Shown here: positions 12,461 to 24,500 of the stretch, piece after piece
Position numbering within the stretch: position 1 is the stretch's first letter
How the letters are laid out: each line of letters starts with the position of its first letter
Source of the DNA: Styela clava
Taxonomy: Eukaryota
DNA: 64,000 bases
NCBI RefSeq assembly: GCF_964204865.1
Contig: NC_135251.1
Span: 9,486,001 to 9,550,000 of the forward strand
Direction of reading: 5' to 3'
Translations under genes and position numbers: made by a program
The notes under the pieces: model-generated
Databases searched by the model: none
What the model saw: the letters and a program-made list of their open reading frames with translations, nothing else
What the model was told of the DNA's origin: nothing

Positions 12461-13940
12461 TAATTTATCGATTGTTTTTATTTAACTGTCTCCTATCGAG
12501 CTGCGACACGCTTGATAACCTACAATTTTTTTCTCAATTTTCAGGTATATCTTCAGAAATATCTTTCTTCTATTTTCTACGCAAAAAACGGCATGTAGTA
12601 TTATTGCTTATTAATGCTTTTAATAAGAAGATTAATTACAGCTCTATGAACCTATAATATTATGAGTGATTCAAGGAACTACTACTTGTAGTACTACCGC
12701 TAGCATGATTCTCGTGGTATATCCTTCGTGACTTTTTCAGGGTTTCACTAAAAATTAAAATAACCGTCTACCTAACTTTATTCAAAACTGTGTCAGCACT
12801 AAATCTATGAAACTCGGGTTCTAGAAAGAATCCCTCAAAATCCTTCGTGGAAGATTGATTTGGGTAGACTTAATTTTTTGGTAAAGCTTTTTTTTAAATG
12901 GGATATTGTGGCAGTAGGCTAATGGAGTCTTTTTTTTTTTCAGTTTTCACTATCTCAAAGTCGCGTGCGTAGTCATGGTTTCGATAGATAAATACTGTAT
13001 ATTTTCCAATAAGGCAAACTTGACTATTCGCAACCGACTACAAGAACCTCTGCCCAGGTGAGCCCATTCCAGCATGTTATTGGCTCTATTTATCTGATTG
13101 TTTGTTATTATGGCGAGCGCGATTCTTCGACCTTTTTTTATCAGTTTAACTCACTTGTGTCACGATACACTATCGCTTTGCAGAAAATGGAATCTTATGG
13201 AATCGTGTTTACAGACTTGGCGATAATGCTTATTCGTGAAACTGCATCGTTGCAGAAATATTATTTTCGCGTAGCTGACACACCACACAGACTTACTTCG
13301 CTGTCGAAGTTATCCAGTCATATATATAAGCGTACAATTTCATCTCTCTCGGTTTGTTTATTTGGTGTAAGGATTATTGATAGCAAGTAATAAGCAAGCA
13401 AAGTATTTTTTGAGGGGGGAGGAATCGGCTATGTCCGTGCAGAACAAAGCTTCCGAATAAATCTTCCAGGCCATTTTTTCCGAATCGTACCATTGATATA
13501 TCTTATCAGATCATATATTCAATCCCTTGATATTGGGTAAATGTCAGAATCGAAAAATTAGTATCATATCTAAAATTAATTCAATCAGTACAAATTGAAA
13601 GTTCGCTTTCATCAACTTTTAAAATTCAAGAACTGCGATCAATAGTCAATAAAAAACAAACGACAAACAACAATGCGGATATATGCCTACAATGACGCCC
13701 TTTTTCTTATCTCCTCGATGCCATATTTTCATAATCTGGTATTGAAGAATAGATATCATCCGAATCTAAAAAAAATAACAAGAAATCTTGTTAGGACGTT
13801 AATATCATTGACTCAATTGCTATTGCAAAATATATCCTACGCAATAAAAATAAAATACTTTTAACACCATTTCAAAACTTGTATTTTGCTGTTTGAAAAA
13901 CTCTCTGTTTGAAATTATAAATCCACAAATAAAATTGAAC

Positions 13941-15634
13941 CTGTGTGATTCGCATTTTCTTCTGCATGTACTTCTAGTGCTTCATCGCCCACATAATCTG
14001 TAGCACAAGTTCCATCATCTGATAATTGTGCTTCTTCAATATACAAAATCGAGGTTTCTCCCTGATGTTGAGAGATGCCCAAGCCCTCACGTGAGGAAAC
14101 GTTCTCCCAATTTCTCATCCATGTCGTTAATTAATGTTGAGAACGGGTAACCGGAAGCATCACATACAACTTGTCTTGGTCCAATTGTAACTGGAGAAGA
14201 TATCGACCCTGGATTTATGTTTGTGATGTTGACATTGACTGAAAATTAATATTTTTATTTCCAATGCCTTTTGAATGAAAAGAATGCAACGACTAAATAT
14301 ACGGGCCTAAAGTTCCAATGACTAACCACCGTGCCAATAACTATCGCGACTTAATGTGAAATCGGAAATGAAATTTCATTTTCAACCGCGGTAGGAATTA
14401 GTTGTCGGCAATAACGCAGCTGAACATATGTCAAGATGATTTGACGTAATGTCACGTGGCACGCAATATTCGTCGAAAGGTCAAATTTGAGATTGAAATA
14501 CCGTGCCTCATAGGAAATGTAAGTAATGGCGTTTTAGCAGATTCCATCATCTTCAAGTGATAAAAATTTGAAATCCATTATTTTCCTAACAATAACAACT
14601 GTCCCCACAACAACAACCATTTAGCAAAGCGATCCATATGAGCACTTCGTGTACCGTGATCGTCATTTACTAAACAAATATTTAATGTTTATATTAATGA
14701 AATATTGAAGGCAAATAAATTGCTGAGAGCTTTGGGCTACCCTTCCGTATAAATTCAAATCTTATCGTGAACCATCAATTCCGTTGTTGCATTTATGTGA
14801 TTATTATCAACTGATGCAAAAAACACAATAAATATATATTTCCATTCGTTTGATTTGTCTATATTCTAGAGTATGAAGTGTGTAGTTCGATTGATAACAT
14901 TATCTTGTATATATGTATGAGATTATCAGAACTACTATCTATTTAAAGCTCAACCGTCAAAGGGCCATCATAAGTTGTAACGTTGATTGTCAATATGGCG
15001 TCTCCTTCAGCAATAGCAATAACCTACACATTTGCCTGAATTTCTATCAAACCTGAAAATGAGAATAATTTTAAATAAATATAAATTGTTTAGAATATGC
15101 CCTATACGTTAATATAAATGTTGGGTGGAGCAAACTGTTTCTCTATTTTGGGCAAACTTCACGCTGTCTCCTATTTGATGGGTTAAAAATTAAAGATTGT
15201 AAAATAGTGTACACGCAGAAATAGAATTCAATCTTAAACCAGTAATTCCATTTTTACTGAAATTAACAAATTTGAATTACAATATAAATATTATATTTTT
15301 AATTTAATGTTTAATTATGTTAAATCAATTCCATGAAATATTGAAATAAATGGGTTTGAATAACAATGCGGCAAGCTACTCTGCAACACCAAACTACAAC
15401 ATTATCAACAAATATTATTGCTTTTTCTTACGCATCCCGTACTGATAACATTAAGGTTTCAAATAAACAAAATTGTTAATTCTTCATTTTACACCTTTTT
15501 AATTTCGCATTTTTATTTTTTTATATTAATATTTCTCATACCTCTTGAACAATTGGCACCGTGGTATATCACTGTACAATTGCAATAATAGTAAGGTTTA
15601 GTATCGTTCACTGAAACACTGGACAAGCATAAAC
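13941..15634 (-). pseudogene. Pseudogene paralogue of the EGF-Ig-Ig gene
   Basis: 15634-15542 is a shortened EGF exon (4 Cys; PYYYCNCTVIYHGANCSR). 15052-14766 is a paralogue of Ig exon 1280-999 with TAG/TAA/TAG stops and its donor mutated GT->AT. 14238-13941 is a paralogue of Ig exon 341-36 with a 4-nt frameshift near 14130. Confidence 0.88.
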
Positions 15635-16203
15635 CTATCATTTAAAAACAATCATTATTTTAAGCTCGATTAAACTTTCCGAGAAGAGCATATTTTGTTA
15701 AAGTGGATCTTATTTTATTTAACAGATAGTGAGTAATTTTTTTTATCAATTATGAAGCCCTGGTTAATTTGGGCTGTATGGACATTCAATACGAAGTCTG
15801 AACGATATCAGTCTCTTGTTCTTGGAATACTACATTGTTGGGTTATTTGTAATAATGATCATGTACAATGCAACATATTGTCAATTGAGTAAGCTCTTTT
15901 TATTTTTTAACAAAATTCTTTACATCATCCAACCATTTAGGTAAAATAGGAGCTCGCGATATCAAGTACAAATATAGTAAGAATATTAATTCATTTTTTT
16001 CGAGGCACTGAGAAATTCTTTCCGATTTCAATAAAATACTGTTTCTATTCTCTTTGATCCCAAATATGTTAGATTTATTGCCTATTATCGAAAAATGTCT
16101 TAAAATAAATGTCTTACTTGTCATATATTATTCATACAATATGAACAACGGAATGACGGTAAATCCCAATCAAGTGCGTATATTAAGATATTATCGTTTA
16201 TAT

Positions 16204-16300
16204 CAGGGCTTCCCAAACTAGGGGCCGCGGCCCCTCAAGGGGCCGCGAAACGATTTTTGGGGGCCGCAAAGAGAACACCAATTTTACACAAAGTACTTTG
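16204..16300. mobile_element. Left end of a truncated hAT element
   Basis: CAGGGCTTCCCAAACT followed by GGGGCCGCG repeats; no matching right TIR found. Confidence 0.55.
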
Positions 16301-18399
16301 CATCTTTCAAGACTCTTGATTCGAAATACAATTATTAAAAGAAGTGTAAAAAAAATCGGTTTCATTTACTTATAAATAACACGTTTTTATTTAAAATAAC
16401 TGCTAAACAGATTATTAACCGTTAAAAAGGAGTAGAAAAGATTTCTTGCTATCGACTGGGTCAAAAAAATGCGCTATCGAGTAAGTTTTATTTTAAGAAG
16501 TGGAGGGCTAGGTCGCATTTTCCTATTTTCGGGATAACACGGTAGAATCCTCGCGCTTGCATAACAATGTCTATACTGATCGTAAACCCGAATTGATTGC
16601 ATAACGATGCCGGTTTTAATCGTTTTGCCAGCGGTTCCCGAAGGCGCTTTGCTAAATGTGCTTCGAAAATTAAGAGATTTGTGTTAAATATCAACTAATA
16701 TATGATTAAATATTTTATTTATTCTAAAGGTTTTATTGTTTCTCATTATTGTAAATGATGTATATTATGAATCAATAATTTCATTTCACTGCTCTATGTT
16801 GTTCACTTTCTGTTACGTAGGGTCTATTGTTACGTAACAGTAGAGGTAAACCCTACTTGCTGCAACATGAGTGATTTTTTAGCGTCTTAAAAAAGAACAT
16901 GGCAGAGATAAGAAAGAGAAGTTAACCTTTTGCCTGTATTCTTTAGGCCTACTACTTGTTTATAAACTCTAAAAGGCATAAAGTACACATTAACGATGAT
17001 AAAATTGTGTATTATTTAAAGGCAGCATTTTTTTGTGTAGGTGCGCCGTGAGTTTTAGCATTGGTGGCCTCATTGGTGGCCTTTGTTTTAGCAACAGTTT
17101 TGACTGAATTTGATAAATTACACCAACAAGTGTTAAATACCGAAGTGCAACCAAGCGGATAATTAGTTTTTGATTCACGTCGTTGCATATATTTGTTAGA
17201 TTCTTTACTGACTGAAAAAGTTAACAGCTGTAAAAAAAATCTGGGTCATTTGTCTCATCTTCAGTTGTCTTATCTACTGAGAGGGGAAATTCTCCTTGGA
17301 GTTGAAAGCAACCTTTGTTGGTGAAACAATTTAATTTTTTTTTTCATTTATCGTCAAGTTTGAGCATTTGTCGTACGAAAATTTTTGGAGAAACAAGTGC
17401 TATATTAGTTATAAGTGTTGTTTGCTCTGCATAAACAGACAGTCATCACTATGTTACTACAGGGCGAAATTTGAGTTTCTGAAAAAAATAAATTTATTTC
17501 TTTTAATTGGATTAGGGCGGATAAGTTTTCTACCATTACGCACCTTTGTACCAGACTCCAAGATGAACGATTCTCTATTGTCATTTGCCACCGAACGTCC
17601 TTAAAGTATAACTGAGATGGATTACGTACTCATTGAACCAGTTAATTTGGGGTTGCATCTATCAACTCAGTTTATCCAGTGGGACCTTAAAGCGTCTGAA
17701 AAATATCTCGCTACGCTGGACACCACGATGGCGTAATATTTATAATATATAAGTCTTCCTTTATTTTTCTATTTTCTGCTTCTGAATATGTTTCTTTGTC
17801 GCGATGCGTTTCACCAGAGCAATTAGTTAACTCTGACGATATTTATTTATTTGTGGCTGTTTTTTATACGATGTAATTGCCAGCGTGTCCTAACTAAACA
17901 CCGCCGTGGAGGAAATGTACAATTTATGGCTGTAGTTCGTTCGCGCTATTGCTTCGAAAGAAAATGAGCATAGCAAGGAATGATGTAGAGGATAAATAAA
18001 ATTGTAATGACTACCGAATTCATACTTGTGTTTTTAAAGCAATATTGATTTTCGATTTATATAATATTAATGAAATAGAAATGAAAGTTTGTCTGAAACA
18101 CAAATATCTTCGGTAAAAAATGGACGTGGGTGTATATTAACGTATGCGAAAATATCAAAAAATGCATGTGTTCACAGATACAAATATCCGTGAGTGCAAA
18201 TGCAAACGTACATGGATAAAATAAATGTTCGTTGATGCAAATATTTTTGGGTGCAAACGTGAGTGTATGTGGCCTCAGAAGTATGCAGGTGCAAGTGTAA
18301 TTTACAAATATAGTGTGTGTAGTTTACAAATATACGGTTGTAAATGTACAGTACCTTAATTCGACATTCGTAGCGCTTGTATTGTATGACTTTAATATG

Positions 18400-19420
18400 T
18401 CTACTGTATATGAGGGGTCGCGACCTGTCAATAAATATTAATATTTAAAAGTAGTAGTTATCTTGTCAAAGGATGCAAACATAAGGCTAGATTATCTGAT
18501 GTACATTCGGAAATACAGTATTACACTGTAACGTTTTTTTTTTATATCATCTGCTTGTGGGGATAGTGGCATTGTCATTTGGGAGTGTGCTCTTGCCTTG
18601 GCTGTTATATCAATGATGATAAAATACTTTGTTTATAGCGACTTTCTTATACACAATACCTGTTGAAATGCATTCTGTTCTCTATCTGATATAAACATAA
18701 ACAATTTGTTAGCTTTTGGGGCGATTTTCCTCGGAGAAACATTTGGTGCATTTGGCGTTGGATGATCTCTCATACAATGGCTACAAGGAATTACTGACCT
18801 ATTGAAATATATTTCTGTTTCATATGAGATATGCGCTAGTACTTTAGTTCAATAAGCGCAACTAATATATCAACACATTCAATTTATCAATTGTCTACAA
18901 AAACAATCATCTCAAATATTTAGGTATCATCGATTGACGTTTTATTGACAATGTTAAAATGTAAATATTTATAAACACCGCAGACACCATTTAAGTAAAT
19001 AATGTGTTGGTCGTCTATGATCAATTCGCCACTGGAAATTTAACTAAATTATCCTGTTACATTTTGTCAACATAGGTAGCACGCATGTTTTATCACCATT
19101 TTACAAATTTTCCATAGATCTGCTGCAATCGAATGAGAGAAATTATGTGTTTACTAAACAAATTTCAAATGAACCACAAACTAAAATGACTGCCTAGTCA
19201 TTCTGAAAGAGTTTTGGGAAATTACCCAAATTCCAATGCCGCTCGTTTACAAACACTAGTTATCTTGCGAAGGGATGCAAACATAGTGCTAGGTTATCTG
19301 ATGTACATTCGGGAATACAGAAATAAACTGAAAATTTTTTTCGATTTTATCTGCCTGTTGGAACAGTGACATTGTCATATTGGGAGTGTGCTCTTGCCCT
19401 GGCTATTATATCAATGACCA
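18400..19420 (-). pseudogene. Second decayed copy of the 9390-10230 segment, with an internal duplication (18450-18620 vs 19255-19420)
   Basis: Direct nucleotide similarity to 9390-10230 and to itself. Confidence 0.35.
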
Positions 19421-20172
19421 GCCTAGGCACCCTCGTTTTACACGCAATTTGTGTGTTTTCTTTGAATGATGCGACTTGAAGTCTTCAACAGTTACTGTTA
19501 AATACAGATTTTATAGCATATAGTTATAGCTTGTGAAATAACTCCGCACATGTATTTGCTTCAACTCTTCAGATATGGCAAACTCATATGGATTTAAGCA
19601 CTTAGCAGTTATCTTATCAAAATGTGTCGAGTATGCATGATGATCGTATTTCATGGTCTCAATCTTGCGATTATTTCAAAACCTTTTATTTTTTTTTCAA
19701 CACACATTACATTCGCATGAACGTCATTTTTGGAAATATCTCATCTATTCTAGACGACTTTTGTCAACATTTTACGGAGACGAATTAGCATTCTTTTTCA
19801 TCATGTTATTCAAAAAGTGATCGAAATACCAAAATTATTCTTGGTAAAACGTACACAATCGGTCTTATTTTTATTCATTGATATGATTAATTTAATTTAT
19901 ATAACAATTTGATGAATAGTTCAAAACTTCGTCTTTTACAATTTAGCAGGTGTACATGTTCTACGTATAATTGTCTCAAATTATATTAATAAAATCGAAC
20001 ATTATTAAACATTTAACCTTGAAGGACAAATTATTCCTGTCACGCAGGTCAAAATGCAATGCTTGGAATTATTTTGAGAATTTGTTATCTTCAAAGCCGT
20101 TCACAATTCAACTATGTGTAAAAGTATATCGATACCCGACCACTTATTTACTCCGTGGTAATTTTACTAATT

Positions 20173-20547
20173 TTACTAATTTTCGATTCTGAACTCATAT
20201 ATTATCTTTCAGAAGTGCACACACACACAAGAATTTAGGGGGCTCCCGAAGTATGCGAACCAAGATGGCGGACATCGGAACGTAACATGGGTAACAGCCT
20301 AACAGGTTAGGGTTAGGCGATAATTTTTTTTCTAATTTTCCTTATTTTAGTCCTATTATCAGTTCGAAGACTAGCCAAGAGCCTCCCGTAGTATTCATAC
20401 CTAAAATTATGGCCTAACCCTAACCTAGTACACATGTTACATTCCGATGTCCGCCATCTTGGTTCGCATACTTCGGGAGCCCCCTAAATTCTTGTGTGTG
20501 TGCACTTCTGAAAGATAATATATGAGTTCAGAATCGAAAATTAGTAA
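20173..20547. repeat. Long inverted repeat: Merlin-like MITE plus ~65 bp of inverted-duplicated flank
   Basis: 20173-20280 is the reverse complement of 20442-20547 apart from one CA microsatellite unit. Confidence 0.92.
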
Positions 20548-20724
20548 TAGAGGAACTATGCTTAAAGCATGATTCAGTGGTGATCGACCAATTCAAATAT
20601 ACAGGCAATTTTAAATTACAGCAAATTGACGCATAAGTGGGGGTGTACTGCTGATATTTTAGTTAGTTCAATTTCTGAAAACTCACTGACGTTAGCAACA
20701 CAAAATATATACAATATTTACAAA

Positions 20725-20730
20725 TTTATT
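20725..20730 (-). terminator. Probable polyadenylation signal (AATAAA) of full-length myomesin mRNA
   Basis: TTTATT on + strand ~860 nt downstream of the stop codon, at the end of an AT-rich 3'UTR-like tract. Confidence 0.5.
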
Positions 20731-21584
20731 GGTGATAATATAATATAAAAAGTGCATAAAAAGTAAATAAGAATATTTCTCATTTTATCAGAAACCATCC
20801 TTTCTCTAGATTGCATTAACTAAGGTATTTTATAATATTAGAACCACACAACTAGAATACACAGTAAGTGCTGTGAAGCATCATGCGCAAAACAGTGGAA
20901 TAATCAGTAGTCAGTAAATTGTTACTACTTGTGTTTACGTTATCAATACATTATATTATGTTGATATAGGTAATATATAAATTCTATATAATGTCTTATG
21001 CAGTGAAGTTGTTCACCGTGACAAAGCTAAATATTGAAGAAGCCAGAAGTCGATGAAGAAAGATATACAATAAGACATAAATTACCAATGAAATTGCTCC
21101 ATGTCATTATGAAGATAATTGAGCACATATATCTAGTTGATACATTGAATTGCAAAAACGTATAAAGTTACTCAAAAATCAGTCAATTGCGACAATGAAT
21201 ATCTCAAGTTGGTATATCATATTACAGAAGAATATTACGATCATGTCATGTTTAATATTTTTTTGAAAATACAGTCAGGCAACATTATAGTAATATGTTT
21301 TTGAATTCTTGAAAAGTGCATTTGTGATCGATATTTCTCACATCGTGGTGGCAATTTTTCGTACTTCTTTCTATACATCATTCATTGTCTTTAAGGTAAT
21401 TCAATATATGATAAAAGTATATCCAAATAATGTATTATATATCAAAAGGATATAATCTTCTTGTGTTCAGAAAACTATTGCTTCTAGTATTTCACGAAAA
21501 TAGATTAAACTAGGTTTGAATTCTTAGAAAATTGCATTCGTGGGTGGTCTTTTTACATCGTGGTAACAATTGCAGTCCATATTC

Positions 21585-24500
21585 TTATTGTTCAGTGATT
21601 GTCTCTTCTTCAGCTTTTTTGTCAGTTTCATCATCTTCTGTTATTGGTTCTTCAGTTGGATTATCATCAGGTGTCTAAAATATTTAAAAAATATAATTAA
21701 AGTTTACTATTGAATAAGAGAAGATATTTAGAGAATAAATGACTTATTTTCCGGCATTGGGTGCTCGAGGTTGTTTGGGTGAAACGTGATGACCAAAAGA
21801 TGTCATCATTACATTTAACTAGATTTTGGTTTTTGGCGGATATTTATTGGTCAGGAAAAATCTTGAATCAACCAAATAAAACTAATTAAGCGTTGCTTAC
21901 AACTTCAATTAAAATACTCAGCATCAGCATTAAAAGTAGCAAACCTTTTTTTAATAGGCACAAGTTTAAATAAAAATGAACTTATCTATGTAATTCACAC
22001 AATCGATAACTATTAATAAATAATAAATAAACTCAAATAAGCCAATAGGTATCTAAATTAATTAAAAATTTTGCACTGAGATGAGTATTTTTAGGCCAAA
22101 ATATTTCAGATTGTTTGAAGCGTGGTAAATATAAGTATGTCTGAGATATGATTTGTGTTAGCGTAGATAAATAAATTTAGACAAATTGTTAGAGTAAAAG
22201 CATAGAAAATCGTTTAGTGGTAAAATTTGATGGTGCTCTGTCAAGTTTATTTTAAAATAGACGCGAGTACTCTATAGTAGTCTATACAAGAGTACTTTAC
22301 TATGAGTGTACGTATATTCCAAGCACAATATAGACAAACCTGTTGTATAGCTATTTCTTCAGTTGTTTGAACTTCCTCGTCTATTTGTATTTCTGTTGTG
22401 TCATTAATATTTTTTTCTTCCTTCATTAGGGCAAGTCCTCCGTCATCAAAATTTTCTGTGACCTCGTCGATGACGTCATTAACTCGTTCTTGAACTCCAT
22501 CTTCTTCGATTGAAGATATTTGTCGAATTTTGTTACTTTTAGCGAGGAGCTCTTTGAAAACTGAAAAAAATCAACAAAAAGGTTTAATACTTGTTTCGTA
22601 CTTCAATAGTTTCAACGCACTCACTTAAAATTTGGCAGTGACTTGAAAACGTGAGGAAATGTTTGTGTACATTGGAGGTACCTTTTAAAATGCATGTATT
22701 CAAATTATCCAATCTATCAATTTTATGCTATCAAACAAAATTTACCTTTTCCTGTTACGTCAGCACTCATCTCTGTTGAACTCGTTTTTGTTTTAATTTT
22801 ACAAGTGTATGTACCGGCATCGTCTTCAGTAGGATCCTGAGAAAATAAGACCGTCATAAAATGAAACATATATATGGATGGGCTGTCATAAGCCAAATCA
22901 GACGCTGTCGAAATAATGAATATCTGTAGTTGTTCGTTACAGAGAACAGTTCTTGGATGCTCAGAGATGATTTTTATCAAAGCAAACTTTTGATAATATT
23001 GATATAAATTTGCCAATAAAAAAAAATTAATATTAAAAAATTCATGAGATTTTTGAACACAATATTTCATTACAATTTTCAATAATTTGCATATTCCTAT
23101 ATAAAAATCACTCCAATTAAGTGATGCAATAATCAAACATAAAAAATCGCTGCAGTATTAATAATATTCAGAAAGTTGAATTAAAATAGAATCCAGAATT
23201 TAATACTTTATTCCTCCTGAGTTACCTTTATCAGTAATTTGACTTGGTTATCGGTAAGAGTCATATCAAATCTGTCCCCGATTATAACAACACTATTCTT
23301 CATCCATGTTATATTGGCTCCAGAATCCATTCCAGTTACCTTGGTTTCAAATGAAGTTTTATGATCAATATGAAATGGATGAAATAAGCAACAAATTAAC
23401 AAGCCGATTCAACGGATATATATTTCATAGTGAATTCTCCAGATCCACGTATTGTTTATCTTTGTACGAATGTGGATTTGCACGAATGAATGGCATGGAC
23501 CTCATAAAACAGTTGTTTATTCGAGTAGGAGATGTTAAAGCTTTGTAATTAACTATCTAATAAGGTAAACGACCGTAATAGTTTGAGATTTGACCAATTA
23601 ATGCAGATGAAAACCTTATTAAAATAAATTATTATGTTACCGTCTTACAAACTCAAATATGCTTAGTATAAAACCGAAAGTGAAAATCCATCACACAAGC
23701 AACAATAACTTCTCACTGGGTGAGCCAAACAATAATGGGTTAAAACGGTGTATTAAAGTGATTTATTTGTTTTATTTCAGTTATGTTGGGGTAAAGTAAT
23801 CTTTATCAGTTCTGACTCATACAATTAAATGAATAATAACCATGATAATATAAAATTGTTAATTGGTAAAATTAGTTAATCGGTGAAACGAATAGATACA
23901 AGGCGCTGGTAATTGATGATCCTTTTTACTCTAGGCAAGGTCAGCAACAATCTACTTACTTCAGCTTGCAAAACTAAATGTGCATCTTGGTCTACATCGT
24001 ATGTGATTCCGTCTGAAGTCACTGAATAGAGAAATATAAAGTTGAATATATCTATATATATAAAGCTAGCTATACAAACTATAGTACATGGTATTGCCTG
24101 GAGATTACGGACTTCAAAAAAGGAGTAGCTTCTTTCCTGTCAGTTGCTAGTTGCCTTGTTGGTAGCGTTTGTAGAAAAACGTGTTAAAATAAAATTTAGC
24201 GGAGTAGTAATTGTAGGACTGTGGCTCTTAAATAATCTGCTGATATTTGCCTTCTATAGAGCGCATAACAAACACGACCATAACAACCCAGAACAGTTGT
24301 TTACGGTTCTGCTCAAATAATGATTCAAACTTGTATTTTGGCAATGCAAGCAGATGTCGACGTGAAATCGCTTCATTCAAGGTTTTCCAGTTTTCATTAA
24401 TTCGAGCTAACGCACAAACGCTAAGATGAGTAAGTCAAACGTCATTGAAAACAAAATCTAACTACATTCAAGAAATCCATTACTTATATAATTTTCAATA

